Shown: positions 63,997-64,000 of the stretch, piece by piece
How the letters are laid out: the number at the start of each line of letters is the position of its first letter
Position numbering within the stretch: the stretch's first letter is position 1
Origin: Escherichia phage EF202P1
Reading direction: 5' to 3' (one strand)
Length of the DNA: 64,000 nt
Sequence record: OP172796.1
The notes under the pieces: generated by a model
The model's input: only the letters and a program-made list of their open reading frames with translations
Told to the model about the DNA's origin: nothing
Database searches by the model: none
Program-made: the position numbers and the translations under genes

Positions 63997-64000
63997 TGGC

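Noticed and set aside
57843-64000. Repeated ~90-bp elements as a CRISPR array
   Set aside because: Repeats are longer than CRISPR repeats, come in two classes, are irregularly spaced by 200-600 bp, and each intervening segment is a protein-coding ORF with RBS and ATG; no cas genes nearby.

Overview
This 64-kb window looks like a contiguous piece of a large virulent myovirus-type phage genome (about 39% GC by eye). Gene content and order resemble Felix O1-like (Ounavirinae) phages; that is recollection, not a database search. All calls come from reading the ORF translations and the DNA by eye; nothing was computed or searched. Coordinates for CDSs follow the supplied ORF track; coordinates I derived by hand for RNA/DNA motifs may be off by 1-2 nt.

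Layout, left to right:
- 1-15.6 kb (+): contractile-tail module — sheath, tube, chaperone pair with a likely -1 frameshift, tape measure, baseplate hub/spike/wedge, and two tail-fibre genes that share a His-rich (HxH) C-terminal module.
- 16.2-27.2 kb (-): early/replication block — thymidylate synthase, DHFR, an HTH regulator, ATP-dependent DNA ligase, a tandemly duplicated small-gene module, a lipoprotein and a family-A DNA polymerase. Two long structured non-coding regions bracket an isolated two-gene cassette.
- 27.4-57.1 kb (+): dNMP kinase, primase-helicase, SSB-like protein, 5'-3' exonuclease, GIY-YIG and HNH nucleases, aerobic (NrdAB + glutaredoxin) and anaerobic (NrdDG) ribonucleotide reductases, rIIA/rIIB, a candidate overlapping spanin pair and a macro-domain protein.
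- 57.1-64 kb (+): an array of at least 16 small ORFs of unknown function, each with its own conserved promoter/hairpin/RBS cassette (two sequence classes).

The strongest candidate system is the adjacent PRPP-synthetase-like and NAMPT-like gene pair (45.5-48.2 kb) with no NMN adenylyltransferase in the window. I read it as a possible NARP1-type NAD+ reconstitution pathway (Adps/Namat) that would counter NAD+-depleting host defences; sequence alone cannot separate this from ordinary NAD+ salvage. No tRNA, rRNA or CRISPR array was identified.
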